From IMG/VR virus record IMGVR_UViG_3300007640_000006, positions 1 through 62,883 of that record: a DNA stretch of 62,883 nucleotides; one strand, given 5' to 3'. A program made the translations under genes and the position numbers. This document shows positions 1 to 8,946 of the stretch, in pieces. Position 1 is the stretch's first letter. Every line of letters begins with the position of its first letter. The stretch is from a virus. Under the pieces are notes generated by a model that searched no databases, was not told the origin of the DNA, and saw nothing but the letters and a program-made list of their open reading frames with translations.

Positions 1-123
1 CATGGAACAGCGTGGCGTGGTCACCGCCATGAACAGCAACGGTTCGCGCGAGGTAATCCGCCATGGGTAACTCTCGCACCGCTGACAAGTTCGTAGTCCG
101 CATGCCTGATGGCGTTCGCTCTC
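1..123. repeat. Terminal duplication identical to 62761-62883 (circular-contig overlap or terminal redundancy)
   Basis: Read directly: both copies run catggaacagcgtggcgtgg ... ggcgttcgctctc. Bases 1-70 are the 3' end of the RdgC-FtsK-gamma gene (full copy 61688-62830). Confidence 0.97.
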
Positions 124-437
124 GCGTAGAAGCCGCCGCCGACCTCGACCACACCAGCATGAACACCTTCGTGGTCCAGGCGATCGAGGAAAAGCTGGCT
201 CGCGCCAAGCGCCAGGAACTTCTACTGGATGCCCTGGAGTTGGTTGCTTTCGGTAATGACGGTGGCCAGGTGCAAATGGCTCCCCGCCTGATCGGCTGGC
301 GTACCGCCGACTATCTGGAAGAGACGAACGACCACAAAGTCGCCAGCAACTGGGCGTCTGCTGTCGCAGTCCTGCCGATCTTCGAAGGCGACACCATCAC
401 CAAGCTGCCGCATGTCCCTGTGGAGACTTCGGCATGA
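63..437 (+). CDS. Arc-like ribbon-helix-helix DNA-binding protein
   Basis: N-terminus ADKFVVRMPDGVRSRVEAAADLDHTSMNTFVVQAIEEKL fits the Arc/MetJ strand-helix-helix pattern. The ATG overlaps the upstream stop (ATGGGTAA). Confidence 0.6.
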   Translation: MGNSRTADKFVVRMPDGVRSRVEAAADLDHTSMNTFVVQAIEEKLARAKRQELLLDALELVAFGNDGGQVQMAPRLIGWRTADYLEETNDHKVASNWASAVAVLPIFEGDTITKLPHVPVETSA

Positions 438-3070
438 CCGTCTGCTACGAGAAGTTCCTGCAGCAGAAGGTGCGCCTGGCTGAGCCGCAAGGCTTCGAGG
501 TCGACCAGTCTGCCTTCCATGAACTGCTCAAGCCCCACCAGCGCGCCATAGCTGCATGGATGGTTCGCCAGGGCCGCGCGGCGTGCTTCGCCGCGTTCGG
601 CCTGGGTAAGTCGATGATCCAGCTGGAAGTGGTGCGCGTCACCCGCCAGTTGGCCGGCGGCTATGCGCTGATCACCCTACCGCTCGGCGTGCGCCAGGAG
701 TTCGTCCGCGACGCCGCCAAGCTGGGTATTACGGTGAAGTTCATCCGCCGCTTCGAAGAGGTGGAGGACGAGCAGACCATCTACCTGACCAACTACGAGA
801 CAGTCCGCGACGGCAAGCTAGATCCTCGCCTGTTCAGCGTGGCCAGCCTCGACGAGGCGAGCTGCCTGCGCGGCTTCGGTGGGTCGAAGACCTTCCGAGA
901 GTTCATGGCGCTGTTCGCCGGCGACGATCGCGCCAACGGCGTCCGCACCGAAGGTGTCCGGTACCGGTACGTGGCCACGGCCACACCGAGCCCGAACGAA
1001 TACATCGAAATGCTCGCCTACTCGGCCTTCCTGGGCGTGATGGATGTTGGCCAGGCCAAGACCCGGTTCTTCAAGCGCAACAGCGAGCACGCCGACCAAC
1101 TCACCATCCATGCCCACAAGGAAGCTGAGTTCTGGATGTGGGTCGCGTCCTGGGGGATTTTCGTCCAGCGCCCGAGCGACCTGGGTTTCAGTGACGAAGG
1201 CTACGACCTGCCAGAGCTCGACATTCGCTGGCATGAGGTGCCATCCGACCATTCCAACGCCGGCCATGAACGCAATGGCCAGGGCCGCCTGCTGCGTAAC
1301 ACCGCCATCGGCGTACAGGACGCCGCAGCCGAGAAGCGCGAAAGCCTGACCGCCCGTGTCGCCAAGATGATGGAACTGCGCGCCGAGGATCCAGACGCCC
1401 ACCGGATCATCTGGCACGACCTCGAGGCCGAGCGCCACGCGATCGAGAAAGCCATTCCCTCTGTCGTCAGCGTGTACGGCTCGCAGGATATCAACGAGCG
1501 CGAGAACGCGATCATCGACTTCAGCGACGGCAAGTTTCCCGAACTCGCCGCAAAGCCTGTCATCGCCGGCAGCGGCTGCAACTTCCAGCGCCATTGCTCC
1601 TGGGCCATCTACCTGGGCATCGGCTTCAAGTTCAACGACTTCATCCAATCCATTCACCGCCTGCACCGCTTCCTGCAGCTCGGCCGCGTGCGCATCGACC
1701 TGATCTACACCGAGGCCGAGCGCGACATTCGCCGCCAGTTGGAAAGGAAGTGGCAGCAGCACAACACCATGGTTCAGCGCATGACCGAGATCATCAAGAA
1801 ATACGGCCTGTCCGTGGCCGCCATGGCTCAGCAGCTCACCCGCGCCATGGGCGTCGAGCGCGTCGAGGTCACTGGCCAGAACTATCGCATCGTCAACAAC
1901 GATTGCGTCGACGAGGCTCGCCGCCTGGCCGACAACAGCATTCACCTGACCGTTACCAGCATCCCCTTCAGCACCCAATACGAATACTGGCCCAACTACG
2001 CCGACTTCGGCCACACCGACAGCAACGAACATTTCTTCGAGCAGATGGACTACCTGACGCCCGAAATGCTGCGCGCCACCGTGCCCGGGCGCCTGGCCCT
2101 GATCCACGTGAAGGACCGCATCGTGCCAGGTGGCATGACCGGCCTCGGCTTCCAGACCGTTTACCCCTTCCACATGAAGGTGGTCGAGCACTTCACCAAG
2201 CACGGCTGGGGCTACATGGGCATGAAGACCATCGTCACCGACGTGGTGCGCGAGAACGCCCAGACCTACCGCCTCAGTTGGACCGAGCAATGCAAAGACG
2301 GCACGAAGATGGGCGTCGGCATGCCCGAGTACCTGCTGATCTTCCGCAAGCCGCCGACCGACACCAGCAACGCCTACGGCGATATCCCGGTGGTGAAGGC
2401 CAAGCCCCTGTGCATCGACGAAAACGGCCAGGTTGTGCCCTTCGCCATGGACAAGAAGCTGACCGTCACCAGGGGCAACGGCTACAGCCGCGCCCGCTGG
2501 CAGCTCGACGCGCACGGCTTCACCCGCAGCAACGGCAATCGCCCGCTGACCGAAGCGGACTTCGAAGGTATCCCGCATGACGTGATGTTCAAGCTTTACC
2601 GCGACTACAGCCTGTCCACCGTCTACGACTTCGAACACCACGTCACCATCGGCGAATCGCTGGAAGTCACCGGCAAGCTGCCCACCGGCTTCATGCTGCT
2701 GCCGCCGCAGTCCTGGCACCCGGATGTTTGGACCGACGTTGCCCGCATGCGCACGCTAAACGCCGAGCAGTACAGCAAGGGCCAGGAAATGCACCTCTGC
2801 CCCCTGCAGTTCGACATTGTCGATCGCGCCATCGTCCAGTACTCGATGGAAGGCGAAACCATCTACGACCCCTTCGGCGGAATCATGACGGTGCCCGTCC
2901 GCGCGCTAAAGCTGAAACGCAAAGCGATCGCCTCCGAACTGAACCCCCGCTATTTCCTCGACGGTGCCGGCTACTGCAAAGGCGCCGAGGAAGACATGGC
3001 CATGCCCGACCTCTTCGCCCTGCTCGATGCCGAGCAGCAGGACGATATCGCCAAGGAATCCGCCGAATGA
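434..3070 (+). CDS. SNF2/DEAD-like helicase fused to an N6/N4 DNA methyltransferase (beta-class order, motif IV before motif I)
   Basis: Walker A FGLGKS, DEAS box (SLDEAS), TATPSPN and helicase-C QSIHRLHRF. The C-terminal MTase has motif IV variant TSIPF and AdoMet motif DPFGGIMT. The start overlaps the upstream stop. Confidence 0.8.
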   Translation: MTVCYEKFLQQKVRLAEPQGFEVDQSAFHELLKPHQRAIAAWMVRQGRAACFAAFGLGKSMIQLEVVRVTRQLAGGYALITLPLGVRQEFVRDAAKLGITVKFIRRFEEVEDEQTIYLTNYETVRDGKLDPRLFSVASLDEASCLRGFGGSKTFREFMALFAGDDRANGVRTEGVRYRYVATATPSPNEYIEMLAYSAFLGVMDVGQAKTRFFKRNSEHADQLTIHAHKEAEFWMWVASWGIFVQRPSDLGFSDEGYDLPELDIRWHEVPSDHSNAGHERNGQGRLLRNTAIGVQDAAAEKRESLTARVAKMMELRAEDPDAHRIIWHDLEAERHAIEKAIPSVVSVYGSQDINERENAIIDFSDGKFPELAAKPVIAGSGCNFQRHCSWAIYLGIGFKFNDFIQSIHRLHRFLQLGRVRIDLIYTEAERDIRRQLERKWQQHNTMVQRMTEIIKKYGLSVAAMAQQLTRAMGVERVEVTGQNYRIVNNDCVDEARRLADNSIHLTVTSIPFSTQYEYWPNYADFGHTDSNEHFFEQMDYLTPEMLRATVPGRLALIHVKDRIVPGGMTGLGFQTVYPFHMKVVEHFTKHGWGYMGMKTIVTDVVRENAQTYRLSWTEQCKDGTKMGVGMPEYLLIFRKPPTDTSNAYGDIPVVKAKPLCIDENGQVVPFAMDKKLTVTRGNGYSRARWQLDAHGFTRSNGNRPLTEADFEGIPHDVMFKLYRDYSLSTVYDFEHHVTIGESLEVTGKLPTGFMLLPPQSWHPDVWTDVARMRTLNAEQYSKGQEMHLCPLQFDIVDRAIVQYSMEGETIYDPFGGIMTVPVRALKLKRKAIASELNPRYFLDGAGYCKGAEEDMAMPDLFALLDAEQQDDIAKESAE

Positions 3071-5154
3071 CTTCCTTCAAGAAACCAGCTCCGCTGGAGT
3101 TCCACACCCAGTACGGCCTGGCCTTCGATGACATGGCCAACGAAATCAATGTCGATCTGTTCGCCGGAGGCGGCGGCGCCAGCACCGGTATCGAAATGGG
3201 TCTGGGCCGCCCGGTGCATATCGCGATCAACCACAACCCGGCTGCGATCAGCATGCACGAAGCCAATCACCCGGGCGCCCTGCACCTGCAGACGGACGTC
3301 TGGGACGTTGACCCGGTGGAAGTGCTCGCCGGGCGCCAGATCGGTTGGTTCCACGCCTCTCCGGATTGTACCCACCACAGCCAGGCCGCCGGCGGCCAGC
3401 CACGCAGCAAGGAAATTCGTGACCTGTCCTGGGTGGTAAACAAATGGGCGGGCATTGCAAAGCCCCGCATCATCAGCCTCGAGAACGTGAAACAGATCCG
3501 CCAATGGGGTCCGTTGATCGCCAAGCGCTGCAAAAAGACTGGCCGCGTGGTGACGCTCGAACAGGTGAAGTGCCCGACCAGCGGCAAGATGGTGAACCGC
3601 ATCGCCGATCCTGGCGAGCGCGTGCCGCGGCATAACCAGTTCCTTGTACCGGACCCCAAGCACAAGGGACGTACCTGGCGCCGCTTCCTGGCCAGCCTGC
3701 AGGCGCTTGGCTACGTGGTGGAGCACCAGATTCTGAAGGCCTGCGACTTCGGCGCGCCGACCAGCCGCGAGCGCCTGTTTCTGGTGGCCCGCCGCGACGG
3801 TCGGCCGATCGTATGGCCGGCGCCCACGCATGCCGCCAAACCTGGCAAGGGTCAGCTGCCCTACCGTACCGCTGCCGAGTGCATCGACTGGAGCGTACCG
3901 AGCAAGAGCATCTTCGGCCGCAAGAAAGAGCTAGCCGAAGCCACCAAGCGTCGAATTGCCAAGGGCATCCACCGCGAGGTACTGGGCAAGAAACATCCCT
4001 TTATCGTACCCGTGACCCACCAGGGCTCCGACCGACTGCACAGCCTCGACGATCCTTTCCGTACCATCACCGCAGCCAACCGTGGCGAGTTGGCGGTTTG
4101 TGCCCCACACCTGGTGAAATTTCGCTTTGACCACAGTGGCGAATCCCTCGACCAACCGCTGCCCACGATCACCTCTGGCGGTAACTGTGCACGCCCTGCT
4201 GGTGCTGCTCACGCGATGGGCGTCGCTGGGGCCTCCCTTATTCAGGTCGGCTACGGGGAGCGCCCAGGACAAGAACCCCGGGTGCCTGGTCTGGATAAGC
4301 CGGTCGGTACAGTGGTCGCCGGCGGCGTGAAGCACGCCCTGGCCAGTCCTGTACTGGTTGGCGTAGGAGGCCGCGCAGGTCAAACCGAGCCACGCGGCGG
4401 CAATGACCTGATGTACACCATCACCAGTAAGGGCGACACAGGAGTGGCCACCGCGTTCCTTGCACAGGCAAACGGCGGGTTCAACGTCACCCACTCAAAA
4501 CCCGCTCTTGATCCAATGACCACGATCACCAGCACCGGAACCCAGCAACAGCTTGTCACCGCCAATCTGGTACACCTGCGTGGCAATTGCGATTCGCGCG
4601 ATGTTCAGGATCCTCTGCACACCATCAGCGCTGGCGGCCAGCACCATGCAGCGGCTACGGCTTTCCTCTCCCGACAGTTCGGCCACAGCATCGGCCAAGG
4701 CCTGGAAGAGCCAGCGCCGACTATCACCGCTGGAGGTGGTGGTAAGTCTGCGCTGGTAGAGCTGCAGCTTTCCCCTGACGACGAGGCCGGCGCACTGCGC
4801 TGCGCGGCATTCCTGATGAAGTACCACGGCACCGGCGAAAACATCGTCGGCATGAGTGACACCGTGAGCACCATCACCACCAAGGATCGGCTGGCCCTGG
4901 TCACCGTCTGGATCGGTGGCGACCCATACGTGATCGTCGACATCCACCTGCGCATGCTGAAACCGCACGAACTGTATGCGGCTCAGGGATTTCCGCCGAA
5001 CTACATCATCACCCACGGCCACGATGGGCGTCCGTTCAACGTCAGCGAGCAGGTGCACATGTGCGGCAACAGCGTCAGCCCGCCGCCGATGGCAGCGATC
5101 GCCAGGGCGAACAACCCATGGGCTACTCCGTCGCCCCAAAAGGCTGCAGCATGA
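3067..5154 (+). CDS. DNA (cytosine-5)-methyltransferase with an unusually long, internally repetitive variable region
   Basis: Motif I DLFAGGGGAS, motif IV SPDCTHHS (catalytic Cys), motif VI SLENV, motif VIII TSRERLF, motif IX QGFPPNY, motif X GNSVSPP. ATG 3067 overlaps the upstream TGA (ATGA). Confidence 0.9.
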   Translation: MTSFKKPAPLEFHTQYGLAFDDMANEINVDLFAGGGGASTGIEMGLGRPVHIAINHNPAAISMHEANHPGALHLQTDVWDVDPVEVLAGRQIGWFHASPDCTHHSQAAGGQPRSKEIRDLSWVVNKWAGIAKPRIISLENVKQIRQWGPLIAKRCKKTGRVVTLEQVKCPTSGKMVNRIADPGERVPRHNQFLVPDPKHKGRTWRRFLASLQALGYVVEHQILKACDFGAPTSRERLFLVARRDGRPIVWPAPTHAAKPGKGQLPYRTAAECIDWSVPSKSIFGRKKELAEATKRRIAKGIHREVLGKKHPFIVPVTHQGSDRLHSLDDPFRTITAANRGELAVCAPHLVKFRFDHSGESLDQPLPTITSGGNCARPAGAAHAMGVAGASLIQVGYGERPGQEPRVPGLDKPVGTVVAGGVKHALASPVLVGVGGRAGQTEPRGGNDLMYTITSKGDTGVATAFLAQANGGFNVTHSKPALDPMTTITSTGTQQQLVTANLVHLRGNCDSRDVQDPLHTISAGGQHHAAATAFLSRQFGHSIGQGLEEPAPTITAGGGGKSALVELQLSPDDEAGALRCAAFLMKYHGTGENIVGMSDTVSTITTKDRLALVTVWIGGDPYVIVDIHLRMLKPHELYAAQGFPPNYIITHGHDGRPFNVSEQVHMCGNSVSPPPMAAIARANNPWATPSPQKAAA

Positions 5155-5618
5155 AACGCCGCAAGCCCAACAACCCGCGCGCCCGGCTCGAGCGTTCCTG
5201 CCGGGCCATCCTGAGCAGCAACCACGTTGCTGTGGTGTGCATCAGCCCGAGCGGCTGGCAGGGCATGGTCAACTGGAAGTTGGCCAAGCGCATACCGCCT
5301 GGCCGCCAGGTGGCCAATGCCCTCTGCGATATCCCGCATCGCTGGACGATCTACGTCGCCGGCCTTTGCGTGGATTGGTCTGGCAATCGGTACATGAAGA
5401 GCATCGAGGCCATGCCCGATGGCAACTACCTGGCGGCGCACCTGACGGACGTTATCGAAACCTGCGTGCTCGACCAGCGCGCCAACTGCAACCCGCGCCA
5501 CCTGATCGGCTCTGGCTGGATCGCCATTCCTGCCCAGGTATCCCTGACCGAAGAACAGGCCTACCGCATATTCGATCTGGTCGGTGCCTGGAATCAGGTT
5601 CAGCAGGTGAGCGCATGA
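5151..5618 (+). CDS. Hypothetical early protein (155 aa)
   Basis: ATG 5151 overlaps the methyltransferase stop (ATGA). The ORF is open to 5618. No recognisable motif. Confidence 0.6.
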   Translation: MKRRKPNNPRARLERSCRAILSSNHVAVVCISPSGWQGMVNWKLAKRIPPGRQVANALCDIPHRWTIYVAGLCVDWSGNRYMKSIEAMPDGNYLAAHLTDVIETCVLDQRANCNPRHLIGSGWIAIPAQVSLTEEQAYRIFDLVGAWNQVQQVSA

Positions 5619-5773
5619 ACGCCCCTATCTACTGCCGCACCACTGGCCTTCGGGTCGGTGTGTGCACCTGCCTGCGCTGTATCAGCCCAAAACCTGAAAC
5701 CAACCTGGCCGGACTTCCCTGCCCGATGCCGCCGGCCAGGCCAGACAACGATTATCCCACACCTGTGAGGTGA
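5615..5773 (+). CDS. Small Cys-rich hypothetical protein (52 aa)
   Basis: ATG 5615 overlaps the upstream TGA. Peptide is MNAPIYCRTTGLRVGVCTCLRCIS... . The call rests on operon spacing only. Confidence 0.4.
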   Translation: MNAPIYCRTTGLRVGVCTCLRCISPKPETNLAGLPCPMPPARPDNDYPTPVR

Positions 5774-5776
5774 GCC

Positions 5777-7039
5777 ATGAACGAAGCAATGGAACCCATC
5801 GACCCAATCCATTCCGCGATGATGCTCGGCATGACGCCAGAGCCGTGCGAGCCGATCATCGAGATCACGCGCCAGGCGCTGACCAAGCTGCTCGACGTGG
5901 TCGAGTTCGGCGATCAACTGGAGCGCGTCGAGAAAGATCGCCTGGTCGCCTTCGTGAAAGAGATCCTGGCCGAGGCTCAGCCGGAACTGTGGGCCATGCA
6001 CAGCGTAGGCCCCAACGAAGTGCACCCGATGATTTCCAAGGAAGAAGCCGAGAAGCAAGCGGCCAGCCTGATCGCACTCTGCAAAGAGCGCTTCCCCGAA
6101 ATCCCCATCACCGTCAACGTCATCCCCTCGCCCTACTCTCCGTTCGAGCATTTCGAAATTCTGGCGGAAGAACTGACGGAGCAAGTGGCCAGCCTGCGCC
6201 AGGCTGTGGCCACTGGATCAACCCCGGCACCTGTAGGGGCCATGCCGCCGAAAATTCCGCGCGCACTGCTCGGCAAGATCGTCGACGAGCTCTTCGGCGG
6301 TGCGATCGAGGATACAAGCGCCATCGAAGACGTGTATCGGATGATCGTCCGTGAACAGCAGGCAGCACCTGCAGTTGTAAACCAGCAGGTTACTACTGCC
6401 GCCATTGCGCCGGATGCACTGGAGCAAGCCAGGCGCCACCTGTCCAACGCCATCGAGGACGCCGAGGACGGCAAGACCGCTGCCGCACTGCCGGCGTTGC
6501 GTGAGGTTGCCCACTACCTGGCGCAGGTCGCCTCCCCAGCCCCGAAAACCATGGGCATGGAAGCGATCTGCGGCAAGTACGGCAACGTGCTGCGCCCGTT
6601 CATGTCCATGATGGAAGCCGAGCTGCACGCCAACACCGGCAAGGGCGACCGCCCGGCCTGGCTGGCAATGTCTCCAGAGCAGTGCCTGCTCGAAATCTAC
6701 TACCACACCGCCAAGCTGCAGAAGGCCGTGAAGAACAACGACATGAAGGGCGTCCGCGAGTACACCGCCGACGTGGCCAATATGTCGATGATGCTGGCCG
6801 ATACCTGCGGATGGCTGGACGTGGTGAGCAGCGAGCTGGCGGCCAATCAACAGAAGCCCATGGCCGAACTGATCCGCCAGCACCGCATCGCCGTTACTCC
6901 AGAACACGAAGGCCAATGGCATGCCGATCTGTACGGCAGCGAGGCCGAACCCCTGGCACGCGCCGAAGGCGCCACGCCAGAGGCAGCGGTCGCCGCTGTC
7001 GTAGAGCTCTACCACTCCCTGCAGGAGCAGCAGCCATGA
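5777..7039 (+). CDS. Hypothetical early protein; the C-terminal part resembles all-alpha (MazG-like) NTP pyrophosphohydrolases
   Basis: GAGG RBS precedes the ATG. The segment MEAELHANTGKGDRPAWLAMSPEQCLLEIYYHTAKLQKAV...EYTADVANMSMMLADTCG resembles phage MazG-like helices. The functional call is weak. Confidence 0.5.
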   Translation: MNEAMEPIDPIHSAMMLGMTPEPCEPIIEITRQALTKLLDVVEFGDQLERVEKDRLVAFVKEILAEAQPELWAMHSVGPNEVHPMISKEEAEKQAASLIALCKERFPEIPITVNVIPSPYSPFEHFEILAEELTEQVASLRQAVATGSTPAPVGAMPPKIPRALLGKIVDELFGGAIEDTSAIEDVYRMIVREQQAAPAVVNQQVTTAAIAPDALEQARRHLSNAIEDAEDGKTAAALPALREVAHYLAQVASPAPKTMGMEAICGKYGNVLRPFMSMMEAELHANTGKGDRPAWLAMSPEQCLLEIYYHTAKLQKAVKNNDMKGVREYTADVANMSMMLADTCGWLDVVSSELAANQQKPMAELIRQHRIAVTPEHEGQWHADLYGSEAEPLARAEGATPEAAVAAVVELYHSLQEQQP

Positions 7040-7599
7040 TCGTCGACGACGTTATGACCGACAAAATCACCCTGCACGGGCTGGGCTTTGTGCAGGTTCA
7101 GCTACCGGCCGATCAGCGCCTGCACGTCTGGCACCCTGAACTGCCACGCCGTCATTGCTTCGAGCACTCGGCCATCCACAACCATCGTTTCTCGTTCTCA
7201 TCCCGTGTGCTCGTCGGCGAGCAGATCAATATCGAGTTCGACGCCACCAAGCTAGGCGACCCGACCCACGTCCTTTACCTGCACGAAGGACCGCGCACTG
7301 CGCGCGGTGGGCGTCCATGGGTTCCGGACGGGGAAGCTCGGATGATCGAGAAGTGGCGCAGTTCCTGCCACCCCGGCTGCACCTACAACATGCGCGCGTA
7401 TGACTTCCATAGAACCGAGCCTGGCGGCGACGGCAAGGTGGCCACCGTCATGACCAAGACCTTCGAAGGCCAGCAAGGCGCGCACTCCACCTGCCTTATC
7501 GGCATCGACCCTGATGGCGACTTCGATCGCTACCAGTGGTCGCCGGCGCAACTGTGGGAAATCGTCAGCGATGTTCTGACCGGGAGCAAGCGGCCATGA
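7036..7599 (+). CDS. Hypothetical early protein (187 aa)
   Basis: ATG 7036 overlaps the upstream stop (ATGA). His-rich segment HVWHPELPRRHCFEHSAIHNH. Confidence 0.6.
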   Translation: MIVDDVMTDKITLHGLGFVQVQLPADQRLHVWHPELPRRHCFEHSAIHNHRFSFSSRVLVGEQINIEFDATKLGDPTHVLYLHEGPRTARGGRPWVPDGEARMIEKWRSSCHPGCTYNMRAYDFHRTEPGGDGKVATVMTKTFEGQQGAHSTCLIGIDPDGDFDRYQWSPAQLWEIVSDVLTGSKRP

Positions 7600-8198
7600 C
7601 AACTAAACCGGCAAAGGCATATGCAGTTACTGAGCGATCCGAGGCGATGACTGTGATTGTGTTCGCAAACAGTGGCATTGCAGCCAGGCGCCAAGGCGCC
7701 AATGAGCACGACACCGATTTCAAATGCATCGAAAGCTGCCGCCGGGCGCCGTGGGCCGATCAGTACCAGAGCACCGGCAAAATACCGGCTAAAGCCTGGA
7801 TCGATAACGGCTATTCGCAGACCTGCGATTACTGCGAAACGGTGATCTATGGCGACACCACCGAGGATGAAGACGGCAACGAGCAAGAGCCAATCTTCGA
7901 AGACATTCATGCCTACTGCGGTTCTGGATGCAAAGAGGCGCGCGAACAGGATATCGCTCAGCGCAAGGCAAGCGGCGATGCCTTCCTGGCCCGCATCAAA
8001 GCTGAAAGGCCTTTCCTGACCTTCATCAACCTGCGGTGCGACTACCCCTGGATATACAACAGCGCCGAGTACACCTTCGAGGGCGCCAAGGTCGGCGGCG
8101 GAGTGAGCGAAGACAAAGACGGGAAGTTGTGTTGGCACGTTGCTGCAGTTGACGAAGAAGCATATGCCGCTTTCGTTTCAAGGGCAGCTCGGCCATGA
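7596..8198 (+). CDS. Hypothetical early protein with Cys clusters (200 aa)
   Basis: ATG 7596 overlaps the upstream stop. CDYCETV...YCGSGC suggests a zinc-binding element. Confidence 0.6.
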   Translation: MTTKPAKAYAVTERSEAMTVIVFANSGIAARRQGANEHDTDFKCIESCRRAPWADQYQSTGKIPAKAWIDNGYSQTCDYCETVIYGDTTEDEDGNEQEPIFEDIHAYCGSGCKEAREQDIAQRKASGDAFLARIKAERPFLTFINLRCDYPWIYNSAEYTFEGAKVGGGVSEDKDGKLCWHVAAVDEEAYAAFVSRAARP

Positions 8199-8335
8199 GC
8201 ACCAACGATCCCGACACCGACCGCCCCACGGTCTACGACTGGAACGCCACCTGCGATATCTGCCTGCGCCCTCGCAGTGCTGGTGGCCACCAGAAGTGTT
8301 CGAAGAAGCGCCAGGCTCTGCGCCGGCAGCAATAG
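8195..8335 (+). CDS. Small hypothetical protein (46 aa)
   Basis: Not in the ORF track (under 60 aa). ATG 8195 overlaps the upstream TGA. Peptide is MSTNDPDTDRPTVYDWNATCDICLRPRSAGGHQKCSKKRQALRRQQ. Confidence 0.35.
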   Translation: MSTNDPDTDRPTVYDWNATCDICLRPRSAGGHQKCSKKRQALRRQQ

Positions 8336-8349
8336 GAGTCTCGCCAGCA

Positions 8350-8946
8350 ATGAAAATCGAAACCACCCAGGTGACCAAGCTGCTGATCAGCGACCTCATG
8401 GGCGAGCCGTACAAGCTCGACCCTGTGTCGGTGATCCTCGAGGACTACGAGCCAGGCCGCGGCCGGATCATTATCGAGTGCGCTGGTGAATCGTGGTCGG
8501 CATGGTGGGGCGCCATGAGCGGTCGCCCCATTGCGCAGTTCGTCTGCGACAGCGGCGCCGACTACATCATCGGCTGCATCGCCAGCCAGGTACGTGAAAG
8601 CCGCTTCTCGGGTACCGCCCTGCATACCCTGGCCAAGCGCTCTGTGATTGCTCGGCGCCTTGGTGAGGGCGATTACTGGGAGTATGGCGATCGCCTCGAC
8701 AAGCATGAAGCGGCAGAACTGTGGAGCGAGCTCGACGACCTGCAAAGCGTCGAGAGTGATCAGGCCTGCTGGCGGCACTCCGATCTGCTCACCCGACTGT
8801 TCGGCGAGGAATGGTGGCACATGGCGTCTACGGCCACCGAGCCGAACCCGGCATACCACTACCTGCAACGTCTGATCGCAGCGGTACAGGCCGGCCTGCT
8901 CGAAGCTGGTCTTGCCCAACCGAAGAAAGGCAGGGCTGCAGCATGA
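8350..8946 (+). CDS. Hypothetical early protein (198 aa)
   Basis: Internal ATG of track ORF 8140-8946, 14 nt after the preceding stop. No recognisable motif. Confidence 0.6.
   Translation: MKIETTQVTKLLISDLMGEPYKLDPVSVILEDYEPGRGRIIIECAGESWSAWWGAMSGRPIAQFVCDSGADYIIGCIASQVRESRFSGTALHTLAKRSVIARRLGEGDYWEYGDRLDKHEAAELWSELDDLQSVESDQACWRHSDLLTRLFGEEWWHMASTATEPNPAYHYLQRLIAAVQAGLLEAGLAQPKKGRAAA

Noticed and set aside
1-123. 123-bp end duplication as a true direct terminal repeat (DTR)
   Set aside because: It cannot be distinguished from an assembler overlap of a circular or circularly permuted genome. It falls in the middle of a gene junction with no terminase-site features, so it is not claimed as a physical end.
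818-2719. 633-aa ORF on the minus strand antisense to the helicase-methyltransferase gene
   Set aside because: Typical GC-rich shadow ORF. The translation is low-complexity (Ala/Gly/Val/His-rich) with no motifs, whereas the plus-strand frame carries clear helicase and MTase motifs.
2728-3066. Upstream extension of the C5-MTase ORF (track start 2728)
   Set aside because: The extension lies entirely inside the helicase-MTase gene and translates to an Arg/Pro-rich sequence. ATG 3067 gives an ATGA-coupled start right before motif I.
6222-6236. Partial match (CACCTGTAGGGGCC) to the late-operon motif on the plus strand
   Set aside because: Only the CCTGTAGGG core matches, it lies inside a coding region, and it lacks the flanking ACCCC and TT(C/T)G. 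It is treated as chance.
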